Part shown: positions 47,595 to 56,244 of the stretch, in pieces
Numbering within the stretch: position 1 is the stretch's first letter
How the letters are laid out: each line of letters starts with the position of its first letter
DNA from: a virus
Length of the DNA: 64,000 bases
Reading direction: 5' to 3' (one strand)
Virus record (IMG/VR): IMGVR_UViG_3300035698_015907
The notes under the pieces: model-generated
What the model saw: only the letters and a program-made list of their open reading frames with translations
What the model was told of the DNA's origin: nothing
Databases searched by the model: none
Program-made: the position numbers and the translations under genes

Positions 47595-48646
47595 TTTTTA
47601 TGATTCTTTCCTGTGAATCTTTGATTAACGATCTTTAATGCTCTCATCGATCCAGAAACTACATCAAAAAACTTAAGAACAAACCCTTCAATATCTCTTT
47701 CATTTATTACTACGTCAGAACAATTTTTCAGCTGCTTAACCAACTCTATAACATTGTTATAGTGCTGCTCATTTTCTGTTATATCTCTTAGAATGTTATC
47801 ATATTTTTTATTAATATTCTCGATGGCTTTTTCTCTAACCATCTTTGATACTTTTTTCTGTTCTTTCTGAATTAGAAAATTTTTGAATGCATCTATGTCC
47901 ATAGAATTAAAATAGTATGTTCTGAAAGACGAATTCAAGAATTCATTTAGTTCTTTTTTGTAACCAATTTTTTCTATTGATTTCGCAGATTTCACATTCT
48001 TAAGTAGAGATTTTACTGATAAATTACATTCCATTAATCTGAGTGATGTGATATAACTATCACTGATGTATGGCGTGTTTTTAACATAATGGATGGATTT
48101 ACTATTTCTATGTGGGTCGCTTTCGCATGGTACAAATTTGCCATCGACACATTTAGATGTTATAGTGATAGCTAATTTCTTGTTTGGATCGTAGGTAGAA
48201 CCCAAATCATATGTTATAACATTCGGTGTTATGTAACATGATAAACCGCTGTCATCATATTCCATCCATCCAATTTGATATAACACATTTTCACCACCTA
48301 ATATTTCTTCAGCATAATCTAATGCTATACTAAGAATTTTTAGCTGGTTTTTCTTGTCTGAATAAGCTTTTTCAATATCAGATTTATTAGTGAACATAGG
48401 AGATTTAACTCCTTTATATCCTACAGCAGGCAAGCTATTATGGATACCAACTTTTATAGACATAGCATCGTCTATTTTTTCTGAAATTTCACATCTAAAA
48501 GAATTAGACCCCATAGCTTTAAGTGACATTTCATCAAAGCACACTGATGCTAATTCTAATGATTCAATACACTTTTCAGCATTTTCATCAAGTTGCCACA
48601 CGTGATCAATATGTTCTATGACCGGAGGCTTTATATCAATACTCAT
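47576..48646 (-). CDS. RNA-ligase-like nucleotidyltransferase (DUF6267-like)
   Basis: HIDH, motif I-like SEKIDD, TPNVITY, motif IV EGFVLK, motif V LKIVN..F..N. Confidence 0.6.
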   Translation of the reverse strand: MSIDIKPPVIEHIDHVWQLDENAEKCIESLELASVCFDEMSLKAMGSNSFRCEISEKIDDAMSIKVGIHNSLPAVGYKGVKSPMFTNKSDIEKAYSDKKNQLKILSIALDYAEEILGGENVLYQIGWMEYDDSGLSCYITPNVITYDLGSTYDPNKKLAITITSKCVDGKFVPCESDPHRNSKSIHYVKNTPYISDSYITSLRLMECNLSVKSLLKNVKSAKSIEKIGYKKELNEFLNSSFRTYYFNSMDIDAFKNFLIQKEQKKVSKMVREKAIENINKKYDNILRDITENEQHYNNVIELVKQLKNCSDVVINERDIEGFVLKFFDVVSGSMRALKIVNQRFTGKNHKKWHQTP

Positions 48647-50229
48647 TATATAATCCTAATCTTGAGAACATTTCTATTTCCATCATAATCAACATGTCGT
48701 AACACCGTTTTAATTTTTAATTCGGCGTTCAAATCTTTAAGTATTTCAAGATTTTCAACTCTATCATCCCACATCTGTACTTCATCATATGATCCATTTA
48801 CAACTAAATCTTTTATAACACGTTTCTTATTTTCTTCGGTAGTTTCATTATTCAATTTTATATTGCCAGATCTATGAATATGTATTTTGTTTGCATCGAT
48901 ATTATATTCATTCAATTTCTTTAAGAATATATCATGATCAGTGAAATCTGTTCTAGCTGTTACTATAATAACATCTTTTCCGTCATTTGATAATTTTAGC
49001 ATTCTATCAATCATTTTTTGTATAGGTAATGCATTACCAAAGAAGTGTTCAGAGTCTTTAAATGTTTCATAAGAAAATGAATGATCATTCATAAGTTCAT
49101 GATCATGATATTCTTTTGTAGATAATTTATGTACAACAGCACCAGATTTATCTATTACATGAACTGATGGTTCAGTACCTTCTTTATACCAGAATAATGT
49201 ATCATCCATATCAAAAATATAGAGCACACGCTTTTTTCTTTTTCGTTCATTAAGCATTTGTACTTTAAAATCACCACGCCAATTAGTAACAGGTCCAGAA
49301 TTTGTTCGTATTGATAAAGTAGCAACTATTTCTTCTACTTGAAATTTCTTATTGAATGCTAGAAAATTGATATTAATAGAATTACTGTTATTGTGAACTC
49401 TAAAATTTTCATATTTCTCAGAAGCTTCTTTAGTCTTCCGTTCAATGTTATACACATCAAACAAAGCACCAGCTGGATGCACTCTTACATGCGTTCTATA
49501 ATGTGGAAAAACAGTATCATGACACGAAGCTTCAATTATGATATTTTTGATAAAATCAGAGCTGCTATTTTCTAATGAGTTTCTAATAGCTTGAGCTATA
49601 TTGCGTCGATATGCTAAACTAGATTGTTCAGCTTTTTTCGCAATATCAGTGCCTTTCAGACTTTTATATCTGTCATGATTTTCTTTTGCTGTGCCATTAA
49701 AACCGAGCTGTTTTATGTATTTGTCATGTTGTTTTCTAAAAGAATTTAGATAATCAATTTTTAATTTTTCTTCTAAAGTCGAACAACCAGAATTTCTTAA
49801 TGTAGCATGTTTTGATGTACCGTACTTAGCTGAAATACCAATAAAGTTACCGGTAGAAATAGTCTGTATCATTAAATCAGCATCAGAATTTATATCTTTG
49901 ATACCAGTAAGTTTTTCATGCTCACCTATAGATCCTAAGCTGTCATCAAGTGATGTCCATGTAACGCTCTGAACATCAGTAGTGTTACATAGATGGCCAT
50001 CAACATGCAGCGCAGATTTAATATGTTCTGATAAAGAATATGAATGCTCAGATATTAAATCACAAGCTTCAATTCCTAGTGTATTAACACATACATTATA
50101 AATTTCAGATGGAGAAGATTCTTCAGATCTAAAATGATTAGGCCACGTATTTCCAGATAAAGCCCATGCTAACATTATTTCATGAGCTTTACCGCGAGCA
50201 TCATGTTTGCTCCCGTTAATTCTTGTCAC
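48646..50229 (-). CDS. fusion: restriction-like PD-(D/E)XK domain + HAD phosphatase (RNA-repair type)
   Basis: N: GKAHE..DADLMI..GISAK; C: YIFDMDDTLF, IVTAR, K, WDDRVENL. Confidence 0.65.
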   Translation of the reverse strand: MTRINGSKHDARGKAHEIMLAWALSGNTWPNHFRSEESSPSEIYNVCVNTLGIEACDLISEHSYSLSEHIKSALHVDGHLCNTTDVQSVTWTSLDDSLGSIGEHEKLTGIKDINSDADLMIQTISTGNFIGISAKYGTSKHATLRNSGCSTLEEKLKIDYLNSFRKQHDKYIKQLGFNGTAKENHDRYKSLKGTDIAKKAEQSSLAYRRNIAQAIRNSLENSSSDFIKNIIIEASCHDTVFPHYRTHVRVHPAGALFDVYNIERKTKEASEKYENFRVHNNSNSININFLAFNKKFQVEEIVATLSIRTNSGPVTNWRGDFKVQMLNERKRKKRVLYIFDMDDTLFWYKEGTEPSVHVIDKSGAVVHKLSTKEYHDHELMNDHSFSYETFKDSEHFFGNALPIQKMIDRMLKLSNDGKDVIIVTARTDFTDHDIFLKKLNEYNIDANKIHIHRSGNIKLNNETTEENKKRVIKDLVVNGSYDEVQMWDDRVENLEILKDLNAELKIKTVLRHVDYDGNRNVLKIRII

Positions 50230-50452
50230 TCACTCCTTCCTTCTTCTCATCATCAAAAGCAGATCCTGTGCACATATCATTCATAATTGCAAAAACAAAA
50301 TCTTGATTCTTTTCAACCCATTCATCAGGAAAAAACATAGTATCAATTTCTCCATGACAATGCGCATCAAGCTGCGTAGTATGTTCGTCATCTAGTTTTT
50401 TTGATGTAATCTTTTGAACATACTTTTTACATTTCTTGCATATTATTTTCAT
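50216..50452 (-). CDS. hypothetical small metal-binding protein
   Basis: CKKC..HCHG. Confidence 0.5.
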   Translation of the reverse strand: MKIICKKCKKYVQKITSKKLDDEHTTQLDAHCHGEIDTMFFPDEWVEKNQDFVFAIMNDMCTGSAFDDEKKEGVSDKN

Positions 50453-50841
50453 GTATATTTCTTTTTAAGATCCTTTACGTATGCATCAGTAACGTTTTCT
50501 GCTACAGTTATAGCAGTGTCAGCGTCGCTGCCAGCTTCGATGATTCCACTATATGTTATATTCCAGATTTTGGCTACATGATCTATTAGTATAGAATCAA
50601 GCCAATATCTTGCTAACATTTCATAATCAGCATAACAATCAGCTGCTCTATCGAATAGAGTGTCTATATCTGATCTGATATGAGGAAGATTATGAAAATC
50701 TTTTACTAGCATGCGCTCCTTCTTAGAAGGCTTTTCTTTAAACAAAAAATCTACATTACATGCTGTAAAAAATTCCATCCTTTTTAGGACTTGATTCCAG
50801 TATTCTTCTATTTTGTCTTGATCAGTCATAGTAGGAGGCAT
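50449..50841 (-). CDS. hypothetical protein
   Basis: First gene behind a sigma70 promoter. Confidence 0.55.
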   Translation of the reverse strand: MPPTMTDQDKIEEYWNQVLKRMEFFTACNVDFLFKEKPSKKERMLVKDFHNLPHIRSDIDTLFDRAADCYADYEMLARYWLDSILIDHVAKIWNITYSGIIEAGSDADTAITVAENVTDAYVKDLKKKYT

Positions 50842-50865
50842 AATTCATTCTCACACTAAAAAAAT

Positions 50866-50894
50866 ATTGTACAATGAATTATGTTCTTTGTCAA
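50866..50894 (-). promoter_or_regulatory. sigma70-type early promoter
   Basis: TTGACA(50889-94)-N17-TACAAT(50866-71). Confidence 0.8.
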
Positions 50895-50898
50895 TATA

Positions 50899-51543
50899 TT
50901 AAAATTCTTCGTATTTTCTTTTTATATATTCAGCTTCATCCATGTGTTCAACATAACCATCTGAATCTGTGATTATATAATCATCAAACTTTATGATTCT
51001 TTTAGAATTAGTCTTTGTAGAATAATAGTGTATTTCATAAAGTTTTTCATTAATCATTGTATGATTTAAGTTAATATTAGTCGCAACTATAGATGATCTG
51101 CAAGATGAAGTAACAGAATTAAGCCATAGAGAAATTTCTAATGCTGAAGATTGTTTACCATCAAACTTTATAGCATATAATTTCGCTGGATTAATTTTTA
51201 TTATTTCTTTCATTCCTTTTACTGGAGGAACTACAATATAATTTTCATCAAACAAATATTCTGGAAAACTATGTTTATTATTAGTATCACAATCAATAAA
51301 AACTATATCAGTTTCACAAGTATCTAAATTTGTTATCTTAGAAATAAAACACACGTTATTAGGAACATATTCATAATCGCGGCCATCACCAGCATCACCA
51401 TCATTCACATAGTGTGTAGGCTGTAGTTTTTCTTCTTCATATAAAGCAAATCTTTTATTGATATTAGCAGTATAAGAATTCTTTGCCAAATCAACTAGAA
51501 TGTTCTTAAGTTTGCTTGATATTAATTCATCTTCAAATTTCAT
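50899..51543 (-). CDS. hypothetical protein
   Basis: ATGA-coupled; C-terminal AIKFDG..DYIITDSDG small domain. Confidence 0.55.
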   Translation of the reverse strand: MKFEDELISSKLKNILVDLAKNSYTANINKRFALYEEEKLQPTHYVNDGDAGDGRDYEYVPNNVCFISKITNLDTCETDIVFIDCDTNNKHSFPEYLFDENYIVVPPVKGMKEIIKINPAKLYAIKFDGKQSSALEISLWLNSVTSSCRSSIVATNINLNHTMINEKLYEIHYYSTKTNSKRIIKFDDYIITDSDGYVEHMDEAEYIKRKYEEF

Positions 51544-51785
51544 TTTCTTGTACCATCCTCAAATGCACTTTTTGTTGCGTTTTTCATTATTATTAAATCA
51601 TAAAGAGATATATTCCATTTTTTAGAATATTCTTCTATTGCGCCAATCAAATCTGATAATTCTATCAAACTCATAACATGATTGTTTTGTTCTATCGCAT
51701 CAATGAATTCAAGATATTCTTCAGTTATCTTAGAAGCTTCCCCAAATTCACCTTTCGGTATTTCAGTTAGATGATATGCCATCAA
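51540..51785 (-). CDS. MazG/HisE-like all-alpha NTP pyrophosphatase
   Basis: YHL..I.KG..GE.SKITEEYLEFIDA..ELSDLIGAI (EExxE..ExxD). Confidence 0.65.
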   Translation of the reverse strand: MMAYHLTEIPKGEFGEASKITEEYLEFIDAIEQNNHVMSLIELSDLIGAIEEYSKKWNISLYDLIIMKNATKSAFEDGTRK

Positions 51786-52379
51786 TCATTCCTCATATGT
51801 TTCTAAACAATTTATCAACTGGGACAATCTAGGCTCTGCTACACCTGTGCCATAAATCCAAGTTCCTAACAAAGTAGAATTTCTTATACCATATGATCCC
51901 AATTCATATCCAAAATATGTAATATCACATCCTTCATCAGTTTTGTCAAATCTTATACCTTTATCATGAGGTACAATCTTTTTGAAAAATTCTGATGCAT
52001 CATCCATCATCTCATCTAATAATCTAGACAGATAATCTTCCTCAGCATTAGAATCTATTATTATAAGTTCATTTTTGATGAAATATTTAGTGTGCAATTC
52101 ATCAAATTGATTATCTCTGATGCAAGGTGTTACCGTTTGATACTTACCATCTGGTAGATAACCTTTTGCAAGCATATACAAAAACGATTGTTCACCACTT
52201 CCAACGAAAGTTTTCTTTTTACCTCTGTGTTCAACATGATAATTTGAAGCAAAATCGGGTTTAGTTATATTGTTAATATCTTCTGTAACAAGCCATGGCG
52301 CTTCAATTCTAGTATAACCACAACTTTCATAATGCGTTATTGATATATCAATAATGCCATAATCTATAGTTCTATTCAT
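51786..52379 (-). CDS. stand-alone class II aaRS-like catalytic core (197 aa)
   Basis: Motif 1-like GYTRIEAPW, GSGEQSFL, motif 2 TPCIRD..H..YF.K.E, ELGSYGIR, motif 3 YGTGVAEPRL; no anticodon domain. Confidence 0.7.
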   Translation of the reverse strand: MNRTIDYGIIDISITHYESCGYTRIEAPWLVTEDINNITKPDFASNYHVEHRGKKKTFVGSGEQSFLYMLAKGYLPDGKYQTVTPCIRDNQFDELHTKYFIKNELIIIDSNAEEDYLSRLLDEMMDDASEFFKKIVPHDKGIRFDKTDEGCDITYFGYELGSYGIRNSTLLGTWIYGTGVAEPRLSQLINCLETYEE

Positions 52380-53388
52380 GAAATAATTTCACCATTTTAT
52401 CTATTATCATGTAATGATCAAATGCTAAAGCATTTTTCATATTAGTTCGAACATAATCTAAATCTATCCAACCAACCCAAGCAGCATCATCTTTTGCTTT
52501 AATTTCTATGTCATAATTATCATCTAGTATGTGACCATAAGCTATGGATATAATAATAGCTCGTGGGTCACGGTCCTGGTCGCCTGAGACCACCACATGC
52601 TGACCTAAGCTTAAGCCGTGAGTGACCTCATGCAGCTTTATGTGGGTCTCCTCATAAAGCTCTCTTATAGCTCCCTCTAGTGGCGTCTCGCCAAGCTCAA
52701 AAAATCCACCAGGCAGAGCAAACCCTCCAATATAAGGATTCTTCTTTCTTTTTATGAGCAATATTTTGTTGTTTTGAATTATGACATTATCACATGTTAT
52801 GTGTGGTCTAATCCCGTGAGAAGTTATATAATAACTGCTGGAGTTATACATATCAACAACGTTTTTAATTTCGGGATTTTTAAAATTATCTAAAACAATG
52901 TCATGGTGTCTGTTAGACACCCATGCTAGATCAAGAATGCTACTATTTTTACGATCTACATTCAAATTTTTATAATAACATTCTCTTATAACAGTAGAAT
53001 TAACTGAATTAATTTTTTCAGCTAATACTACATTCCAATATGGTTGAAATGAATTAATATAAGAATATTCATCTAAATTTTTAACATGAACATAAAGAGA
53101 ATTATCTCCAGGTCCAATTAATTTCATAATATTTCTAGACCACAGTTCAGTATTACCTACATCATACATATGATGTACTAGAACTCTATTTTTATATTGC
53201 TCCGGTATAGCGCTATCAATGATTTGTAAGCGTTCTCTGAATGTGAACGGGTCTCTAGCAGTTCTCATCTGATTCGGAGAACACACTATTAAATGAAGAT
53301 AATCACAATCTGCTAAAGCTTTTTCAACAACTGACATGTGCCCAGAATGAAAAGGCTGAAATCTACCTATTACTACAGAGTTTTTCAT
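52372..53388 (-). CDS. bifunctional NMN adenylyltransferase / ADP-ribose Nudix hydrolase (NadM-Nudix)
   Basis: IGRFQPFHSGH, RDPFT..ER, NSTVIR; Nudix box GGFFELGETPLEGAIRELYEET; RDPR; AFDH. Confidence 0.9.
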   Translation of the reverse strand: MKNSVVIGRFQPFHSGHMSVVEKALADCDYLHLIVCSPNQMRTARDPFTFRERLQIIDSAIPEQYKNRVLVHHMYDVGNTELWSRNIMKLIGPGDNSLYVHVKNLDEYSYINSFQPYWNVVLAEKINSVNSTVIRECYYKNLNVDRKNSSILDLAWVSNRHHDIVLDNFKNPEIKNVVDMYNSSSYYITSHGIRPHITCDNVIIQNNKILLIKRKKNPYIGGFALPGGFFELGETPLEGAIRELYEETHIKLHEVTHGLSLGQHVVVSGDQDRDPRAIIISIAYGHILDDNYDIEIKAKDDAAWVGWIDLDYVRTNMKNALAFDHYMIIDKMVKLFHE

Positions 53389-54614
53389 TATAGAACTCTC
53401 AGAAGAATTGTATTTTCATTAATTCTACCATTAGGCTTATATCCACTCCCATTGAGAGTGTCCATATATTTCTTAAGTGCTACTTTACCAGATAACATAA
53501 TGCCATCTAATCTTTCTTTAGTTTGACGTCCAATCTTTTTTGATATGGATTTTTCTTCATCATAGTTAAGAATTGTAGTTCCCTTAACACTAAAACCTTG
53601 ATCATTTCTTGCTCTATAGAGAGTTAGTAATGTGTACTTTGAATTGTAAATCCAAAGTTCATTAGCACCAAGAATTTTGATTGGGCTTATGGATTCCATT
53701 TTAGTATCAGGATCTTCTTTCTGATACTTTAGACGAGAAATAAGTTTTTCTGCAGATACTGGTTTTTTTCTTCTAGCTTTTCTGACTTTGGGTTCATCAA
53801 TATCATTAGAAGACTTTTTAGTTTGCTTAGATTTCTTAGTATCGGAAAGAAACGCTCTGCAATCAAAAAGAATTTTTTCAGCTAAAGTTCTGCTCTTTTT
53901 AAGTTGACCAAAACTTTTTCTCTCAATCTCATCTAACTCAGATGTATCAGAGTTTAATAGTCTATCACAATCTTTAATAAATTCTTCTATCTCAACCATC
54001 ATGTCTTTTACATGTTCGGGCTGAACTTCATCATCTTTCAGAATTTTGATAATATCAATAGCATTATTCATCCTCTTTTTTGGAAGAGGATCAAAAGCAT
54101 TGAATGCTTCATTCAATATTTCAAGATAACGATCAAATTTTAATTCTTGCGGGGATCTTTTAAGTGAAGGTAGTCGAAATGGCTTTTTTGTTTTGAAAGA
54201 TTCTTCGACATCACGAAATTCTTGATCTACACTTTTTATCTTTGTGAGTTGACTTTCAAAAAGATTAATGTAATAATCTTCATCTTCGAAAGTCTCTTCT
54301 ATAAGAAGCATTCTAGCAATCCAGCATGCTGAACTGCCAAAGCCAAAAATACGAGACTCATGTATTCTTTTAATATTATCAACATCTTCAAATCTATTAA
54401 TAGATGTTAGATAATCAGTTAAAAAGTTTTTTGCTTTCTTGTAATCCACTACATTAAGTGTATACCAATTGAAAGCTGTTGAAACTTCTGTATGGGACAT
54501 TGGATGATCATATGTGATCTCAGTCCCATAAGCTTTTTTATTCAAAGCAGCGAGGGCAGATTTTCCCATCCGTCCTGCTGATACTTTGGCAGGTTTCTTA
54601 TCTATCCTAGCCAA
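53388..54614 (-). CDS. conserved T4-like hypothetical protein
   Basis: AFNWY N-terminus; SISPIKILGA..WIYN..SVKGTTI..NGRINENTILL C-terminus. Confidence 0.7.
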   Translation of the reverse strand: MARIDKKPAKVSAGRMGKSALAALNKKAYGTEITYDHPMSHTEVSTAFNWYTLNVVDYKKAKNFLTDYLTSINRFEDVDNIKRIHESRIFGFGSSACWIARMLLIEETFEDEDYYINLFESQLTKIKSVDQEFRDVEESFKTKKPFRLPSLKRSPQELKFDRYLEILNEAFNAFDPLPKKRMNNAIDIIKILKDDEVQPEHVKDMMVEIEEFIKDCDRLLNSDTSELDEIERKSFGQLKKSRTLAEKILFDCRAFLSDTKKSKQTKKSSNDIDEPKVRKARRKKPVSAEKLISRLKYQKEDPDTKMESISPIKILGANELWIYNSKYTLLTLYRARNDQGFSVKGTTILNYDEEKSISKKIGRQTKERLDGIMLSGKVALKKYMDTLNGSGYKPNGRINENTILLRVL

Positions 54615-54641
54615 TTTTTATATCCCATATTATTAGAGTAT

Positions 54642-54670
54642 ATACTATCACACTTTAATTTCAATGTCAA
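54642..54670 (-). promoter_or_regulatory. sigma70-type early promoter
   Basis: TTGACA(54665-70)-N17-TAGTAT(54642-47), overlapping the 3' end of the HNH gene. Confidence 0.7.
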
Positions 54671-55244
54671 CAGCGTCGATCTCTTTATTAGATCCTCTTT
54701 GAATGATTTTACCAGTCCAATTCGGTAGAAATTGAACCCAATCAGGATCATCAACAACAATCGGAAACTTAGACCTGATTTGCATCATTTCATAGAAAGA
54801 TGGTGTCCAAGGAGTTTGCCGTGGCTTCCATTTCGGTGACAATGAATCACCTTTTGCATTATTACAATCTTTACAAGAAGCAACAACGTTATCCCACGTG
54901 TGTTTACCGCCTGCTGCTCTTGGCATTAGATGATCATAAGTCATGTTAGATATACTTAATGGATCACCACAATATTGACAAAGACAATGATCTCTGTAAA
55001 ATAGTGATTCCTTTTTAAGTCTAACATCTTTTCTGAAAGAATGACTATTGAAGTTAGCAATAACAGACGGCCATTTCAATCCAAGGTCTTTCACTGTTTT
55101 AATACCATCTTCATACCAAAGTACAACAGTGCAGTTATCAGTAAGATAACGAGTTATCGCATCTTCAGCTGGTATTGTATATAGAGGAAACATTGATAAT
55201 GGCATAAAACTAGAATTTAATACTAGAGTACGTCTGTTTTTCAT
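54648..55244 (-). CDS. HNH endonuclease (McrA-like)
   Basis: TLVLN, PSVI, RD..CQYCG..TYDHLMPR..GG..W.NVVASC..CN..KG. Confidence 0.9.
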   Translation of the reverse strand: MKNRRTLVLNSSFMPLSMFPLYTIPAEDAITRYLTDNCTVVLWYEDGIKTVKDLGLKWPSVIANFNSHSFRKDVRLKKESLFYRDHCLCQYCGDPLSISNMTYDHLMPRAAGGKHTWDNVVASCKDCNNAKGDSLSPKWKPRQTPWTPSFYEMMQIRSKFPIVVDDPDWVQFLPNWTGKIIQRGSNKEIDAVDIEIKV

Positions 55245-55258
55245 TTCATAATCTCATA

Positions 55259-55293
55259 CAAAAATGAGGCTAAGCCCCTCGACTTAACCTCAT
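55259..55293 (-). terminator. Rho-independent terminator after DUF1127 gene
   Basis: 13-bp stem AUGAGGUUAAGUC/GGCUUAGCCUCAU with GAGG loop, then UUUU. Confidence 0.8.
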
Positions 55294-55324
55294 ATTTCAC
55301 CATATACTATGTTTTGTCAAGGCT

Positions 55325-55489
55325 TTACATAATATAATTCTTTTGTTCCATAGCAATAGCTTTAATATCGGCACGTGAAATGCCCAAATCTGAAAGCGAT
55401 CTATTATCTAAAGAAGATAGTTCTCTTACTGTATTCTGATACTGCATCCATCTTTTGAATGAATTCTTAATATTTTTCATGACACCCAT
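55325..55489 (-). CDS. DUF1127 (YjiS-like) small protein, 54 aa
   Basis: Not in track; MGVMKNIKNSFKRWMQYQNTVRELSSLDNRSLSDLGISRADIKAIAMEQKNYIM; AGGAG RBS. Confidence 0.88.
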   Translation of the reverse strand: MGVMKNIKNSFKRWMQYQNTVRELSSLDNRSLSDLGISRADIKAIAMEQKNYIM

Positions 55490-55587
55490 GATGTTCTCCT
55501 ACTTTTCTATAAGTTATTATACCTTATATTTAGCGCAAGAAACATGGATAATTGGGTATACCTACTATTCACTGAGGTTGACCCTCT

Positions 55588-56244
55588 TTACTTGTGCTTA
55601 TCTTTGTGGACGTACACAACATCAGCAACTGACATACAAACTCTATCATATCCAAGTGATTTCATATGTTCTTCACCTTTTCTATCATAGCTTTCTGCAG
55701 CAACTACTGGCTTAAATTTCTTTATTGTTTCATCAGCTCCAAGTATAGCTTTGTGTTCGTGACGTTCTATATCAAGCCATAATAAATCGCATGCATCTAA
55801 TTCAAGTTGATCTACTTTAAATGCTGGAATATTTTTAGTTGAACCAGCATCAATAGTATTCATACCAAGATTTCTACTATTATTAACACTAATTCCAACT
55901 AAACCATTTTCATCAGATAATGCTGCATTAAATTTGAATATGTTATCAAATGGAGTATTCAGAGCTAAACACAAAAAACTTAGAGGATATGGTTCAAAAG
56001 TATAAACTCTCTTAAATCTTCTTCCAAGCATTAAGGGATACAATCCCATGTTTCCGCCTGCTTGAACTACAACATCAAATTTTAAAACTCTACTAAATAT
56101 TTCTTTTCTGTGAGTTTCCCAATCTTTGTGCGGTCCATGCCAAGAACCTGATTCACCTTTAGGCCACCAAAGACCATTTACGCCTTCATCAGCTATAATT
56201 TTTTCATTGTCAAGATGAATTTGATTTTCGAAACTTTCAGACAT
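55588..56244 (-). CDS. FkbM family SAM-dependent methyltransferase
   Basis: VVQAGGNMG, VYTFEP, NAAL, DLLWLDIE.HE..AILGA..TIKKFKPVV..E. Confidence 0.88.
   Translation of the reverse strand: MSESFENQIHLDNEKIIADEGVNGLWWPKGESGSWHGPHKDWETHRKEIFSRVLKFDVVVQAGGNMGLYPLMLGRRFKRVYTFEPYPLSFLCLALNTPFDNIFKFNAALSDENGLVGISVNNSRNLGMNTIDAGSTKNIPAFKVDQLELDACDLLWLDIERHEHKAILGADETIKKFKPVVAAESYDRKGEEHMKSLGYDRVCMSVADVVYVHKDKHK

Noticed and set aside
34410-52703. Horizontal patches from a GC-rich donor as the cause of the two islands
   Set aside because: The islands use ATA, CTA, AGA, TTT and avoid ATC and TTC, the opposite of high-GC codon usage; not fully excluded without a BLAST search
55259-55320. Cuckoo/CcsR-type sRNA after the DUF1127 gene
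   Set aside because: The sense-strand loop is GAGG, not CCUCCUCCC; a single hairpin with U-tract fits a terminator
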